NCBI GenBank assembly: GCA_965116495.1
Contig: OZ220696.1
Span: forward strand, 1,888,001-1,952,000
Direction of reading: 5' to 3'
DNA length: 64,000 nt
From: Gammaproteobacteria bacterium
GTDB lineage: Bacteria > Pseudomonadota > Gammaproteobacteria > Eutrophobiales > Eutrophobiaceae
Positions 24,837 through 35,200 of this stretch are shown here, in pieces. Below the pieces are notes generated by a model. That model was not told the DNA's origin. It worked only from the letters and a program-made list of their open reading frames with translations, and searched no databases. Each line of letters starts with the position of its first letter. Within the stretch, counting starts at the first letter, position 1. A program made the position numbers and the translations under genes.

Positions 24837-25456
24837 CGACCAGTGTCCGTTTTCAGCAGCGGATAAAGGTCCGGCCATATATTGTCCAGCATTATTTCCT
24901 GAGCCTTGGCTGTGGGGTGAATGCCGTCACTTTGCATTAAATCCGGGTTATCGGCAATATTATGCAGGATAAACCGGGCCAAGGTAACATTATCCCGCAA
25001 GGCCAGGCTTTTGTATATGGTGACAAACTCATCGATATAGGCCGCACCGTAATTTGGCGGCAGCAGTATCTGCACCAGCAAGACCCTGCTGCCCGCGGCC
25101 AAAATTTTTTCTATAATAGCGGTCAGGTTAGCCTTGACTTCCGCCAGGGGAATGCCCCTCAGTCCGTCATTGCCGCCCAGTTCAACGATGGTGATATCCG
25201 GTGTGATTTCTTCCAGGATGACGCCGAGACGTGTGTTCGCCCCGTGGGTGGTTTCACCGCTGACACTGGCGTTGATAACTTCATGGGGGTAACCTGTGCT
25301 GCTTAGCCGCCGGCGCAATTGAGGCACCCAGCCCGCTTGTGCGTCAATACCGTAGGCGGCGCTCAGGCTGTTACCCATGATGAGGATGGTTTTTTCGGAA
25401 CCAGTCGCGCACAATGGTACTATCAAACCTACAATAAAAATAATCGACCTGAACAT
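24833..25456 (-). CDS. tesA: Arylesterase / acyl-CoA thioesterase I (SGNH family)
   Basis: GNSLS (GDSLS variant), NASVSGETT, ELGGNDGLRG, DGIHP. Confidence 0.88.
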   Translation of the reverse strand: MFRSIIFIVGLIVPLCATGSEKTILIMGNSLSAAYGIDAQAGWVPQLRRRLSSTGYPHEVINASVSGETTHGANTRLGVILEEITPDITIVELGGNDGLRGIPLAEVKANLTAIIEKILAAGSRVLLVQILLPPNYGAAYIDEFVTIYKSLALRDNVTLARFILHNIADNPDLMQSDGIHPTAKAQEIMLDNIWPDLYPLLKTDTGR

Positions 25457-26150
25457 GGATCAAACCTCAAAATATATTATCCGGGCAGAAAACCTGGGCA
25501 AACGGGTTGTCAGCCCAACCGGCAACCTGACTATCCTGGATAATATCAGCCTGAAAATAAAATATGGAGAGAGTCTGGCGATAACAGGTGTATCCGGTTC
25601 CGGAAAGTCCACACTCATCGGTATACTGGCAGGGCTGGATCTGCCGACCAGCGGCAGCGTCATACTTGATAATACGGAACTCACCGGCCTGGATGAAGCA
25701 GGCAGGGCAAGGTTGCGTAACCGGCGGGTCGGTTTCGTATTTCAGTCATTCCAGTTGTTGCCGAGCCTGACTGCCCTGGAAAACGTGATGCTGCCGCTGG
25801 AACTGGCGGGAAACGGCGCTGCCAGGGAAATGGCGCTGGCACACCTGGCGGAGGTCGGGTTGTCGGCGCGTACGGATCATTACCCGAACCAGTTATCCGG
25901 CGGCGAACAACAGCGGGTCGCCATAGCCCGCGCCTTTGCGGGCACGCCGCGGGTGTTGTTTGCCGATGAACTGACCGGGAACCTGGACCAGGAAACCGCA
26001 GCGCAGGTTGTGGAACTGCTGTTTCGCCTGAATTCGGAACGCGGCACTACCCTGGTCCTGGTCACCCATGATGAGGCCATCGCCACCCACTGCTCCCGAA
26101 AACTGACACTGGACGGCGGACGGATTATCGAGCCTCATGTTTCTGCTTAG
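25455..26150 (+). CDS. ABC transporter ATP-binding protein (YbbA-like)
   Basis: GVSGSGKST, LSGGEQQR, FADE; divergent and overlapping with the tesA start. Confidence 0.92.
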   Translation: MDQTSKYIIRAENLGKRVVSPTGNLTILDNISLKIKYGESLAITGVSGSGKSTLIGILAGLDLPTSGSVILDNTELTGLDEAGRARLRNRRVGFVFQSFQLLPSLTALENVMLPLELAGNGAAREMALAHLAEVGLSARTDHYPNQLSGGEQQRVAIARAFAGTPRVLFADELTGNLDQETAAQVVELLFRLNSERGTTLVLVTHDEAIATHCSRKLTLDGGRIIEPHVSA

Positions 26151-28614
26151 GCTGTCACTTACCCAGTTGATGCGGGATTGGCGCGCAGGAGAACTACGCC
26201 TGATCGGCCTGGCGGTGATCATTGCCGTGGCCAGTATGACAACCGTTGACTTCTTCACCGACAGGGTCAACCTGGCTACGGAAATCCAGGCCACCGAATT
26301 GCTCGCCGCGGATCTTGTTGTCAGCTCAGCAGACCCTTTCAAGCAACAATTCATTGAACAGGCCCAGGACATGGGATTAAAAACGGCGCTGACCGTCAGT
26401 TTCCGCAGTGTCGTTGTATTCGACGGCAGGCTTGAACTGGCCGAGGTCAAGGCGGTGCAATCCGGTTACCCGCTGCGGGGCAGACTGCTGGTTTCAGAGC
26501 AGTTATTTTCCGCAGAGATCACCAGCCGGACCATTCCGGGGCAGGGCACGGTCTGGCCTGATGCGAGACTGTTCCAATTACTTGATTTTAACGTCAACGA
26601 TGAGGTCAACCTGGGGGCATCGTCGCTCCAGGTTTCAAAAGTACTGACTTATGAACCCGATCGGGGCGGCGACATGTTCAATATCGCCCCGAGATTGTTA
26701 ATGAACCTTGCAGACCTGGAGACCACCGGCCTGATCAGGCCCGGCAGCCGGGCAACATACCGGCTGCTGGTTTCAGGATCAGGTGAGGCAGTAACCGGCT
26801 TCCGTAATTTCATCGACAAGCATGAAGAATACGATATCCGGGGTATACGTGACGCCCGGCCTGAATTACGTACCGCCCTGGACCGGGCGGAACAATTCCT
26901 GGGTCTTGCCGTACTGGTCAGTATCGCCCTGGCCGGACTTGCGGTTGCCCTGTCGGCACAGCGCTACGCGACCAGGCATTTTGATAATTGCGCCATTATG
27001 CGCTGCTTCGGTGCGGACCAGGACACGATCGTTAAAATCTATTTCATCCAGTTGTCGGTCCTGGCCCTGGTCTGCAGCGGCATCGGCTGTGTATTCGGCT
27101 ACCTGGGACAGTCGGGCCTGGCAGTGTTGATGCGCGGCCTGGTGTCGAGACCCATACCGGAGCCTACCCTGTTCCCGGTCCTTACCGGCATGGCAGCCGG
27201 TGTGCTGACGGTGCTGGGCTTTGCCATGCCGCAGATTTTAAGGCTTAAAAACGTTACGCCCCTGAGAGTGCTCAGGCGGGACCTGGTTCCCCTGCCCCTG
27301 AGCAACCTGGGCATTTATGCGGCAGCGGTTGGCTGCCTGTTGTTGCTGGCCCCTTGGAAGGCGGGCAACGTGGATTTGATCCTGTACGGTTTTGCCGGGT
27401 TGGCAATAACCGCTGCAGCGTCGTTACTGGCCACGCGCCTGGTAATTCACTGGTTGAACAGGTTGAGGTCAGGTGTTGGTGTTGCCGCCCGCTTCGGCCT
27501 GGCAAATATTGTGCGCCGGGCCGGCCTGAGCACGGCACAGATACTGGCTATCAGTACCGGTGTCATGGTACTTACCCTGTTGGTATTGGTACGGACCGAT
27601 CTCCTGGCAAACTGGCATAATCGATTGCCTCCCGATACCCCCAATTATTTCCTCATTAATATCCAACCCGGTGAGGTGGACGCGGTCAGCAAGTTTATCA
27701 ATGACCGGGCCGGAATGGCGCTGCTCACATACCCGATGATTCGGGCGCGCCTGATTACCATCAACGGCAAGGCGGTAAATCCCGACGACTACACGGAAGA
27801 GCGGGCAAAACGTTTCGCCAGGCGGACATTCAATTTGTCCATTGCGGAATCCCTGCCGGAAGATAACCGCCTGACGGCAGGCAAATGGTGGGGCAATACT
27901 GATGAACACCTGTTTTCCTTTGAAGAGGAGTTCGCCCGCACCCTGGGGATTTCCCTGGGTGACCGGCTGGAATTTAAAATAGCTGACAAGCATACATCCG
28001 GCACGGTTGCCAGTACCAGGTGGGTCGATTGGGATACTTTCAATGTCAATTTCTTTGTTGTCGCCAACCCGGTCACACTGGACGGCTATCCGGCCACTTA
28101 TATAACCAGTTTCCACCTGGCGCCGGAAAACAGGCAACTGCTCATTGATTTGATCAGGACCTGGCCGAGTATCACTGTCTTCGACGTGGATTCCATTCTC
28201 AAACAGGTGCGCGGGATCATGGAACAGGTGGTAAAGGCAGTAGAATTCGTTTCGGGTTTTACCCTGCTGGCCGGCCTTATAGTCCTGCTCGCCGCTCTGC
28301 AAACCACCCATGACGAACGCAGGTACGAAACCGCTTTGCTGAACACCCTGGGAGCAGGACGCGGCCATGTTTTTGCCGGTCTGCTGGCAGAGTTCGCTCT
28401 TCTCGGTCTGATTGCCGGCGTTGTTGCCGCCCTGACAGCCACCGTGGCAGAAATATTACTTGCCGAATACGTCTTTCATATGGACATCCTGATTAATCCC
28501 TGGGTCTGGCTCATCACACCGCTGTTATGCACGCTGATAGTAGTCATCGGCGGACTGGTGGGGACCCGCAAAGCCCTGTCCACACCACCGATGCTGGCGC
28601 TCAGGCAGGGCTAG
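26137..28614 (+). CDS. ABC transporter permease (YbbP-like, FtsX family)
   Basis: [24 protein letters not shown], many TM segments. Confidence 0.9.
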   Translation: MFLLRLSLTQLMRDWRAGELRLIGLAVIIAVASMTTVDFFTDRVNLATEIQATELLAADLVVSSADPFKQQFIEQAQDMGLKTALTVSFRSVVVFDGRLELAEVKAVQSGYPLRGRLLVSEQLFSAEITSRTIPGQGTVWPDARLFQLLDFNVNDEVNLGASSLQVSKVLTYEPDRGGDMFNIAPRLLMNLADLETTGLIRPGSRATYRLLVSGSGEAVTGFRNFIDKHEEYDIRGIRDARPELRTALDRAEQFLGLAVLVSIALAGLAVALSAQRYATRHFDNCAIMRCFGADQDTIVKIYFIQLSVLALVCSGIGCVFGYLGQSGLAVLMRGLVSRPIPEPTLFPVLTGMAAGVLTVLGFAMPQILRLKNVTPLRVLRRDLVPLPLSNLGIYAAAVGCLLLLAPWKAGNVDLILYGFAGLAITAAASLLATRLVIHWLNRLRSGVGVAARFGLANIVRRAGLSTAQILAISTGVMVLTLLVLVRTDLLANWHNRLPPDTPNYFLINIQPGEVDAVSKFINDRAGMALLTYPMIRARLITINGKAVNPDDYTEERAKRFARRTFNLSIAESLPEDNRLTAGKWWGNTDEHLFSFEEEFARTLGISLGDRLEFKIADKHTSGTVASTRWVDWDTFNVNFFVVANPVTLDGYPATYITSFHLAPENRQLLIDLIRTWPSITVFDVDSILKQVRGIMEQVVKAVEFVSGFTLLAGLIVLLAALQTTHDERRYETALLNTLGAGRGHVFAGLLAEFALLGLIAGVVAALTATVAEILLAEYVFHMDILINPWVWLITPLLCTLIVVIGGLVGTRKALSTPPMLALRQG

Positions 28615-28899
28615 GTCTCGTTTCCTCAACCAGCGTGTCGACAAGCGCGCGCAGCGCTTCCTTTCTGTCCAGGCCTGAACCGAGAGCCTGTTCGTAATTC
28701 GCAAGTTGCCGCTGCACTGCAGGGCGTCAAACACCGTCGGCCGGTATGACAACAGGCCGGTGTTTTCCCCTTCCCAGAAGGGCGACGAACAACTCAGGGC
28801 CAGCAGGTGGGGCAGGAAGTAGTTGAACTGATTCATCAGGTCGATGCGTAACTCATTGTCCACAATACCGACGCTGAATTCAGGTTCAGGGATTGCCAT
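28601..28899 (-). pseudogene. Carboxylate-amine ligase (YbdK/GCS2 family) remnant with two large internal deletions
   Basis: N-terminus EPEFSVGI, middle [32 protein letters not shown], and in a shifted frame C-terminus [20 protein letters not shown]. Confidence 0.8.
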
Positions 28900-28911
28900 A
28901 TGGTTTACCTG

Positions 28912-29739
28912 CTATGAAATCAATGGGGTCAGATTCGATTGATTTTGATACAGCGTCTCATCGGCCAGTATCCCCGCCAAGGCTTCGGCGAGGAGACCCG
29001 TCCATTGTTCTACACCGGACGTATCGCACACGAGATCTTGCCGTATCTCAATGGAAACATTGGCAAGCCCCCTGCCCTCAGCATGGTTATCAACCGTGTA
29101 GTCGGCAGGATGACGACCTGAATATGGTTCGTTGTCTCCGACGAGCAAATCCTGGTGCCGCCTGAGCCTTGCCAGCAGGGGGAGTGCGATGCGCGGGTCC
29201 TTGTCCCACAACACGCCGAGATGCCAGGGACGGCGCTGCCCTGCCAGGACAGGCGTGAAACTATGGACGCTGATAATGACGGGCACGATACCCTGCCCCA
29301 GAGAGGCGTCGATCAAAGCGTCTATGGCAGCGTGATAAGGCCGGTGTATTGAGTTACTCCGCCGCTGCTTTTCCGCGGCGCTCAGGTTTTGATTGCCGGG
29401 TATGTCTATACCATCGCTTTGCGGAATGAATGCCGTGGGATCGTCCAGGTTGCGATTCAGGTCGACAACAAGCCGGGAGTAGTTGGCCAGAATCAATGTC
29501 GCGCAGAGCTTTTCCGCCAGGAGTACGGCCACTCCCCGACTGCCGATGTCAACGGCTATGTGCTCGTTGAAAACACCTTGTCCCAATCCAAGATCCCGCA
29601 GGGACGCAGGCACTGCGTTGCCGGCATGATCGGCAACTACCAGGCATTTTGCGGAGCCGCGCTGATCGATCAGCTCGAACGGTTGCGGATCTGCAGGGCC
29701 TAACAAAGGCTCGGCATCCTGTGCTTTCCCGGTGTTCAT
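28912..29739 (-). CDS. N-formylglutamate amidohydrolase
   Basis: ADHAGN, HIAVDIG, SRLVVDLNR, SVHSFTP, GDNEPY, IEIRQD. Confidence 0.9.
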   Translation of the reverse strand: MNTGKAQDAEPLLGPADPQPFELIDQRGSAKCLVVADHAGNAVPASLRDLGLGQGVFNEHIAVDIGSRGVAVLLAEKLCATLILANYSRLVVDLNRNLDDPTAFIPQSDGIDIPGNQNLSAAEKQRRSNSIHRPYHAAIDALIDASLGQGIVPVIISVHSFTPVLAGQRRPWHLGVLWDKDPRIALPLLARLRRHQDLLVGDNEPYSGRHPADYTVDNHAEGRGLANVSIEIRQDLVCDTSGVEQWTGLLAEALAGILADETLYQNQSNLTPLIS

Positions 29740-29928
29740 ATCGGCGACATGGTTTCCCCTGGAAAAGGAAATCCTGATCGTCCCTTATTAGTTACCGGTA
29801 ATCAAGAGGTGGATAGGCAAAAGCCATACAATTCGGGCAACGCAGTCTGTGCCAGGCCGGAACCACTGGTGAAGTTTTCAGGACTGAACCATAATGACGC
29901 GATTACGGCAGAGTTGTAACGACAACAG

Positions 29929-30945
29929 ATGATCAGATACAGCGGCAACCCTGAGTTTAAATACGACACGCCGGCGACCACCGGGGTCCTTGTTACCAAT
30001 CTTGGGACGCCCGATGCGCCGACGCCGGATGCATTGAGAAAATACCTGGCGGAGTTTTTATCGGACCCGCGGGTCATTGAAACGCCAAGGTTACTCTGGT
30101 GGCCCATATTGCACGGCATCATTCTCAGGCTGCGGCCGCGGCGTTCCGCCAGGGCTTACAGTGAGGTATGGACTGAAGCCGGCTCTCCCCTGCTGGTCAT
30201 ATCGGAGAAGCAATGCCGGGCTATCCGGTCGGCACTGGGTGAAACCGGGACATCATTCCACGTAGAGCTGGGCATGCGTTACGGCAACCCGTCGATCCGG
30301 TCGGCCCTGGAGAAGCTGCGCAGCTGCAACCTGGAAAAACTGCTGATCCTGCCCCTGTACCCGCAGTATTCAGCCGCGACGACGGCATCTACGTTCGATG
30401 CGGTTGCGGCCGTCCTGAAAACCTGGCGCCGCATTCCCCGGTTACGCATGATCACGAGCTACCACGATGATCCCGGTTACATCGATGCCCTGGCGGAAAG
30501 TATCCGCGCGCAGTGGGCGCAATCCGGCAAACCGGATAAGCTCCTGTTTTCATTTCACGGTTTACCCAGGGACTATGTCCTCGCCGGTGATCCTTATTCC
30601 GATGAATGCCACGCAACCGCGCGCCTGGTCGCCCGCCAACTGGACCTGGACGAATATCTCTGGGAAGTATCCTTTCAATCCCGCTTCGGCCCCCGCGCAT
30701 GGCTGCAACCCTATACGGATAAACTGTTGCAACAATGGGGCGAGAGAGGGATCGGCCACGTACAGGTCATCTGTCCCGGTTTTGCCGCAGACTGCCTGGA
30801 AACCCTGGAAGAGATTAATATTCAGAACAAGGCAGTATTCCTGTCAGCCGGCGGGAAACAATTTATCTACACTCCCGCCCTCAACGACCAACCCCGGCAT
30901 ATCGCCGCACTGTGCGACCTCATCCGTGGGGTCGGACCACTATAA
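29929..30945 (+). CDS. hemH: Ferrochelatase
   Basis: NLGTP, FLSDPRV, MRYGNP, PLYPQYS, FSFHGLP, FQSRFG, DCLETLEE. Confidence 0.97.
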   Translation: MIRYSGNPEFKYDTPATTGVLVTNLGTPDAPTPDALRKYLAEFLSDPRVIETPRLLWWPILHGIILRLRPRRSARAYSEVWTEAGSPLLVISEKQCRAIRSALGETGTSFHVELGMRYGNPSIRSALEKLRSCNLEKLLILPLYPQYSAATTASTFDAVAAVLKTWRRIPRLRMITSYHDDPGYIDALAESIRAQWAQSGKPDKLLFSFHGLPRDYVLAGDPYSDECHATARLVARQLDLDEYLWEVSFQSRFGPRAWLQPYTDKLLQQWGERGIGHVQVICPGFAADCLETLEEINIQNKAVFLSAGGKQFIYTPALNDQPRHIAALCDLIRGVGPL

Positions 30946-30962
30946 CTTAGTCTCTGACTCCA
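30927..30962. repeat. GGGGTCGGA-type palindromic repeat overlapping the hemH stop
   Basis: TGGGGTCGGA..TCTGACTCCA; GGGTCGGACCA(C/G)TATAACT recurs at 42814-42832. Confidence 0.7.
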
Positions 30963-30971
30963 TATATCTGA

Positions 30972-32198
30972 TTAGATTATCCCATCCCGCCGCAACCGCT
31001 CCAGGTTGGAGGCGTCATAGCCAAGCAAACCCCGGTATATCTCCTCGTTGTGTTGACCAAGGCCCGGACCGGTCCATTTAATCCAGCCCGGTGTGGCCGA
31101 TAACCTGGGAAAAACGTTCTGCATTTTCAGGTTCTTATACTTCGGATCTTCAACCTCCAGGATACTTTCCCGGGCGATAAAATGCTCGTCTTTCAACATC
31201 TCCGGCGCCCGGTAAATACGCCCCGCCGGCACGGCGTTTTCCTCCAGCAACGCCAGCAAGTCATCTGCACTGAATTTTTTCGACCAGTCAGAGATCAGGT
31301 CATCCAGTTCCGCCTGGTTTTCCCCGCGCGCCACGTGTGTGCTGAATCTCTCGTCCTGTGCGAGTTCCGGTTGCAGCATGGCATCACACAGCCGCGCGAA
31401 AACGGTGTCCTGGTTGGCTCCCATGATTATCATGTCGTTATCTGTCGTGGGATAGACGTTGGACGGAGCAATCTTGGCCAGGATTGAACCGGTGCGCTCC
31501 CTGATGGTACCAAGCTGGTCGTATTCCGGAATCATGGATTCCATTACCCCCAGTACCGCTTCATAGATGGCCGAATCGACGACCTGGCCCTGCCCGGTAC
31601 GTTGCCGGCAATGCAATGCCGACAGGGCACCTATGGCAGCAAACATGGCGGCCAGCGTATCGCCTATGCTGATGCCGACCCGGCTGGGCGGCGTGGAAGG
31701 ATCACCGACGATATAACGCAACCCCCCCATGGCCTCACCGATGCCTCCGTACCCGGCGCGCGAGGAGTAAGGACCGTATTGGCCATACCCGGATACCCGC
31801 ACCATGATGATGCCCTTGTTGATCCCGGCCAGGTCGGCATACCCCAGGCCCCATTTCTCCATGGTGCCCGGCCTGAAATTCTCCAGCACGATATCCGCCT
31901 TCTCCACCAGTTCCCGGATGATGGTCTTGCCCTGTTCGGACCTGACGTCCAGGGTGATACATTTCTTGTTGCGTGCCACAACAGGCCACCAGAGGGGCTC
32001 TCCTTTACCCCAGTCCCGCATCGGGTCGCCGCGGCCGGGCAACTCTATCTTGATTACCTCGGCGCCAAGGTCCGCCAGCAGTTGACCGCAGAACGGGCCG
32101 GCAATCAGCTGGCCGAGTTCGAGGACGCGCACCCCTTCCAGGGCGCCGGGAGCGCCATTACCAGCAGGATTTTGTGCCAAATTAGTCGAATTATTCAT
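30972..32198 (-). CDS. CoA transferase family III (CaiB/BaiF)
   Basis: IAGPFCG..LADLGAEVIKIE, RNKKCITLD, ENFRPG, GYGQYGPY. Confidence 0.92.
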   Translation of the reverse strand: MNNSTNLAQNPAGNGAPGALEGVRVLELGQLIAGPFCGQLLADLGAEVIKIELPGRGDPMRDWGKGEPLWWPVVARNKKCITLDVRSEQGKTIIRELVEKADIVLENFRPGTMEKWGLGYADLAGINKGIIMVRVSGYGQYGPYSSRAGYGGIGEAMGGLRYIVGDPSTPPSRVGISIGDTLAAMFAAIGALSALHCRQRTGQGQVVDSAIYEAVLGVMESMIPEYDQLGTIRERTGSILAKIAPSNVYPTTDNDMIIMGANQDTVFARLCDAMLQPELAQDERFSTHVARGENQAELDDLISDWSKKFSADDLLALLEENAVPAGRIYRAPEMLKDEHFIARESILEVEDPKYKNLKMQNVFPRLSATPGWIKWTGPGLGQHNEEIYRGLLGYDASNLERLRRDGII

Positions 32199-32242
32199 GT
32201 CTTGCTACATGTACTCGCCACGAACATTCCTGGATGTCCCCA

Positions 32243-35200
32243 TCATGAAAACAAAAAATCTGCCGCGGACAGGTCGGCAATCCCCACACCTTCCAGGAGG
32301 ATAGTACCGCCGCCGTGTGCCGACAGGTCTAACGTCACCCCGCTTGAAGCGGACGTTAAAGCGAGATCACCAAAACCGGACAGGCCGAGGTCGGACAAGT
32401 CAACCAGGTCCTCTCCATCGCTGAAGTCTACGATAGTATCGTTCCCGTGACCGGCAGTGAAAACAAAGACATCTTCGCCGTAACCGCCATACAGACGGTC
32501 ATTACCGGAGCCGCCGTCAAGCGTATCGTCATGATCGTCTCCAAAAAGAGTATCATCATGAGCGCCTCCGTACAGCGCGTCGTCGCCCACGCCACCATAC
32601 AAGACGTCGTTACCGCGTCCGCCGTATAGCCTGTCAAAACCCATCCCACCGTATATCGTGTCGTCATTGGTGTCGTCACCACCCGGGCCGCCGTACAGGA
32701 TGTCATCACCCGGGCCGCCGTGCAGGGTATTGGCCCGGACGTCGCCGGCCAGGACGTCGTTATGGTCGGAGCCGACCAGGTTGATGATGTCCGGCACCTG
32801 CGCCGATACCGTGCGGCCGTTGTCGGTGTACGTAAAGGCGCTCAACCCCGCGAAGGTATCGCCCTGCGCGTCCCCGCCTGTGGCCTGAAGATTATGCAGG
32901 CGCACGACGACCGCGGCGGGAGAAGCTTCGTAAGACGCCGAGTCAACCCCGTCGCCACCCTGGAGCCGGTCAGCGCCACTGCCGCCGTCCAGTCTATCAT
33001 TGCCGGGGCCACCGTCCAGAGAGTCGTTACCCGGACCACCAGTAAGCACATCATCACCCGCGCTGCCTTCCAACAAGTCATTACCGCCGGCACCGTCCAG
33101 CACGTCATTGCCGGGACCGCCCTCCAGCCGGTCAACGCCGGGGCCGCCGATCTGCACATTGGCGGACTCAAACAGAAAATCAGCCGCGGACAGGTCGGCA
33201 ATCTGGACACCCTCCAGCAGGATTGTTCCGCCGCCGTGCGCCGACAGGTCTATCGTCACACCGTGTGAACCGGACGATAATGCGAGAGCATCGAAGCCGG
33301 ACAGGCCTAAGGCGGACAGATCTATCAGGTCCTGGCCCTGGATAAAGCGCTTGATGAGATCATCCCCGTGCCCGGCAGCAATTACGAAGATATCGTTGCC
33401 CGCCTCGCCTTCCATCCGGTCATCGCCCGGGCCGCCTTCAATTCGGTCATTGCCGGAACCGCCGTGCAGTTCGTCATTACCGGCGCCACCGTAAAGCCCA
33501 TTAGTGCCATCCACGCCGTACAGCTTGTCATTGCCGGCGCCACCGTCCAGCACGTCATTGCCGAGGCCCCCTTCCAGCCGGTCACCGCCGTCACCTCCAT
33601 ACAGATAGTCACGGCCTTCGCCGCCGTACAGCCAGTCGTCACCGTTTCCGCCAAACAGTTCGTCATCACCGGCCTCTCCACGAAGAGAGTCAGCGCGTGG
33701 GATATGCTCAGGGCGGAGAGAGTTGCCGTAAAGTTTGTCATTGCCCGGGCCACCCAAGAGAGTATCACGTCCGGGGCCGCCATCCAGGCTGTCATTGCCA
33801 GGGCCTCCAGACAGAGTGTCTCCACCATCATCGCCCGACAGCCGGTCCTCACCTGTACCACCGTCCAGTTTGTCATCACCGGGACCGCCAATCAGGTGGT
33901 CATGTCCGGAGCCGCCGTACAACTGGTCGTGGCCGGCGCCACCATCCAGTTCGTCATTGCCGGTGCTCCCGTCAAGCCGATCATTACCTGGCCCACCGGT
34001 TATCAGGTAAAGGTCTTCAAAAAGAAAATCAGCGTCTGACAGGTCGGCATTCCCAACACCTTCCAGAAAGACAGTACCGCCGCCGCGCCCAGACAGGTCT
34101 ATCGTTACACCGTCTGAAGCGGATGATAAAGGGAGATTGTCCAGGCCGGACAGGCCGAAGGCGGACAAGTCAATCAGGTCTTCACGGTCGGTAAAGTCTA
34201 CAACGGTGTCGTTCCCATGACCGGCAGAGAACGTAAAGATGTCTTCGTCGTCACCGCCATACAGCCGATCATTACCGGAACCGCCGTCAAGCGTATCGTC
34301 ATCGTCACCGCCATACAGGGTATCGTCATGGGCGCCCCCGTAAAGTTCGTCGTCATTCTCGCCACCATACAGGACGTCGCTACCGCGCCCGCCGTACAGG
34401 ATGTCTGAGCCTTCCCCACCGTACATCGTGTCGTCGTTGGTATCGCCACCCCCCGGCCCGCCGTACAGGATGTCGTCACCTGGGCCTCCGTCCAGGGTAT
34501 TGGCCCGGACATCGCCGGCCAGGACGTCATCATTGTCAGAACCAACCAGGTTGATGATGTCAGGTACCTGTACCGACACGGTCCGGCCGTTATCGTCGTA
34601 CGTCCAGGTGGTAAGCCCCGCGAAGGTATCGCCCTGGGCATGGCCGCCCGCGGCCTCAAGCGAATACAGTCGCACGTTAACGCCAGCGGGAGACCTCTCG
34701 TAAGATGCCCAATCATCTCCAGCGCCACCCTGCAACCGATCAGCGCCGCCGCTGCCTTCCAGCCGGTCATTGCCGGGACCACCATCCAGGGCGTCATTGC
34801 CGGGGCCGCCAGTAAGCGTATCATCACCCGCGCCGCCGGCCAGTTCATCATTGCCAGGTCCGCCATCCAGCACATCATTGCCAAGGCTGCCATCGAGCAC
34901 ATCATCCCCGCCGCCGCTGTCCAGTACGTCATCGCCGGGGCCACCGGTCAGAACGTCATTTTCAGATCCGCCGGTCTGCATGTTAGAGGACCCAAACAGA
35001 AAATCATCTGCGGACAAATCGACAGACCCTTGTACGCCCTCCAGCAAAATTTTCCCTCCGCCGTACTCCGACAGGCCTACCGTCAAGCCGCTTGAATGGG
35101 ATGCAAATGCGAGGTCATCGAAGCCGGAAAGATCCAGGGAAGACAGGTCAATCAGGTCTTCTCCGATGGTAAAGTCTTCGATAGTATCGTCACCATGCCC

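Noticed and set aside
25454-25457. Divergent tesA and ABC ATPase genes sharing overlapping start codons
   Set aside because: Overlap of divergent tesA and ybbA is a known conserved arrangement, not novel
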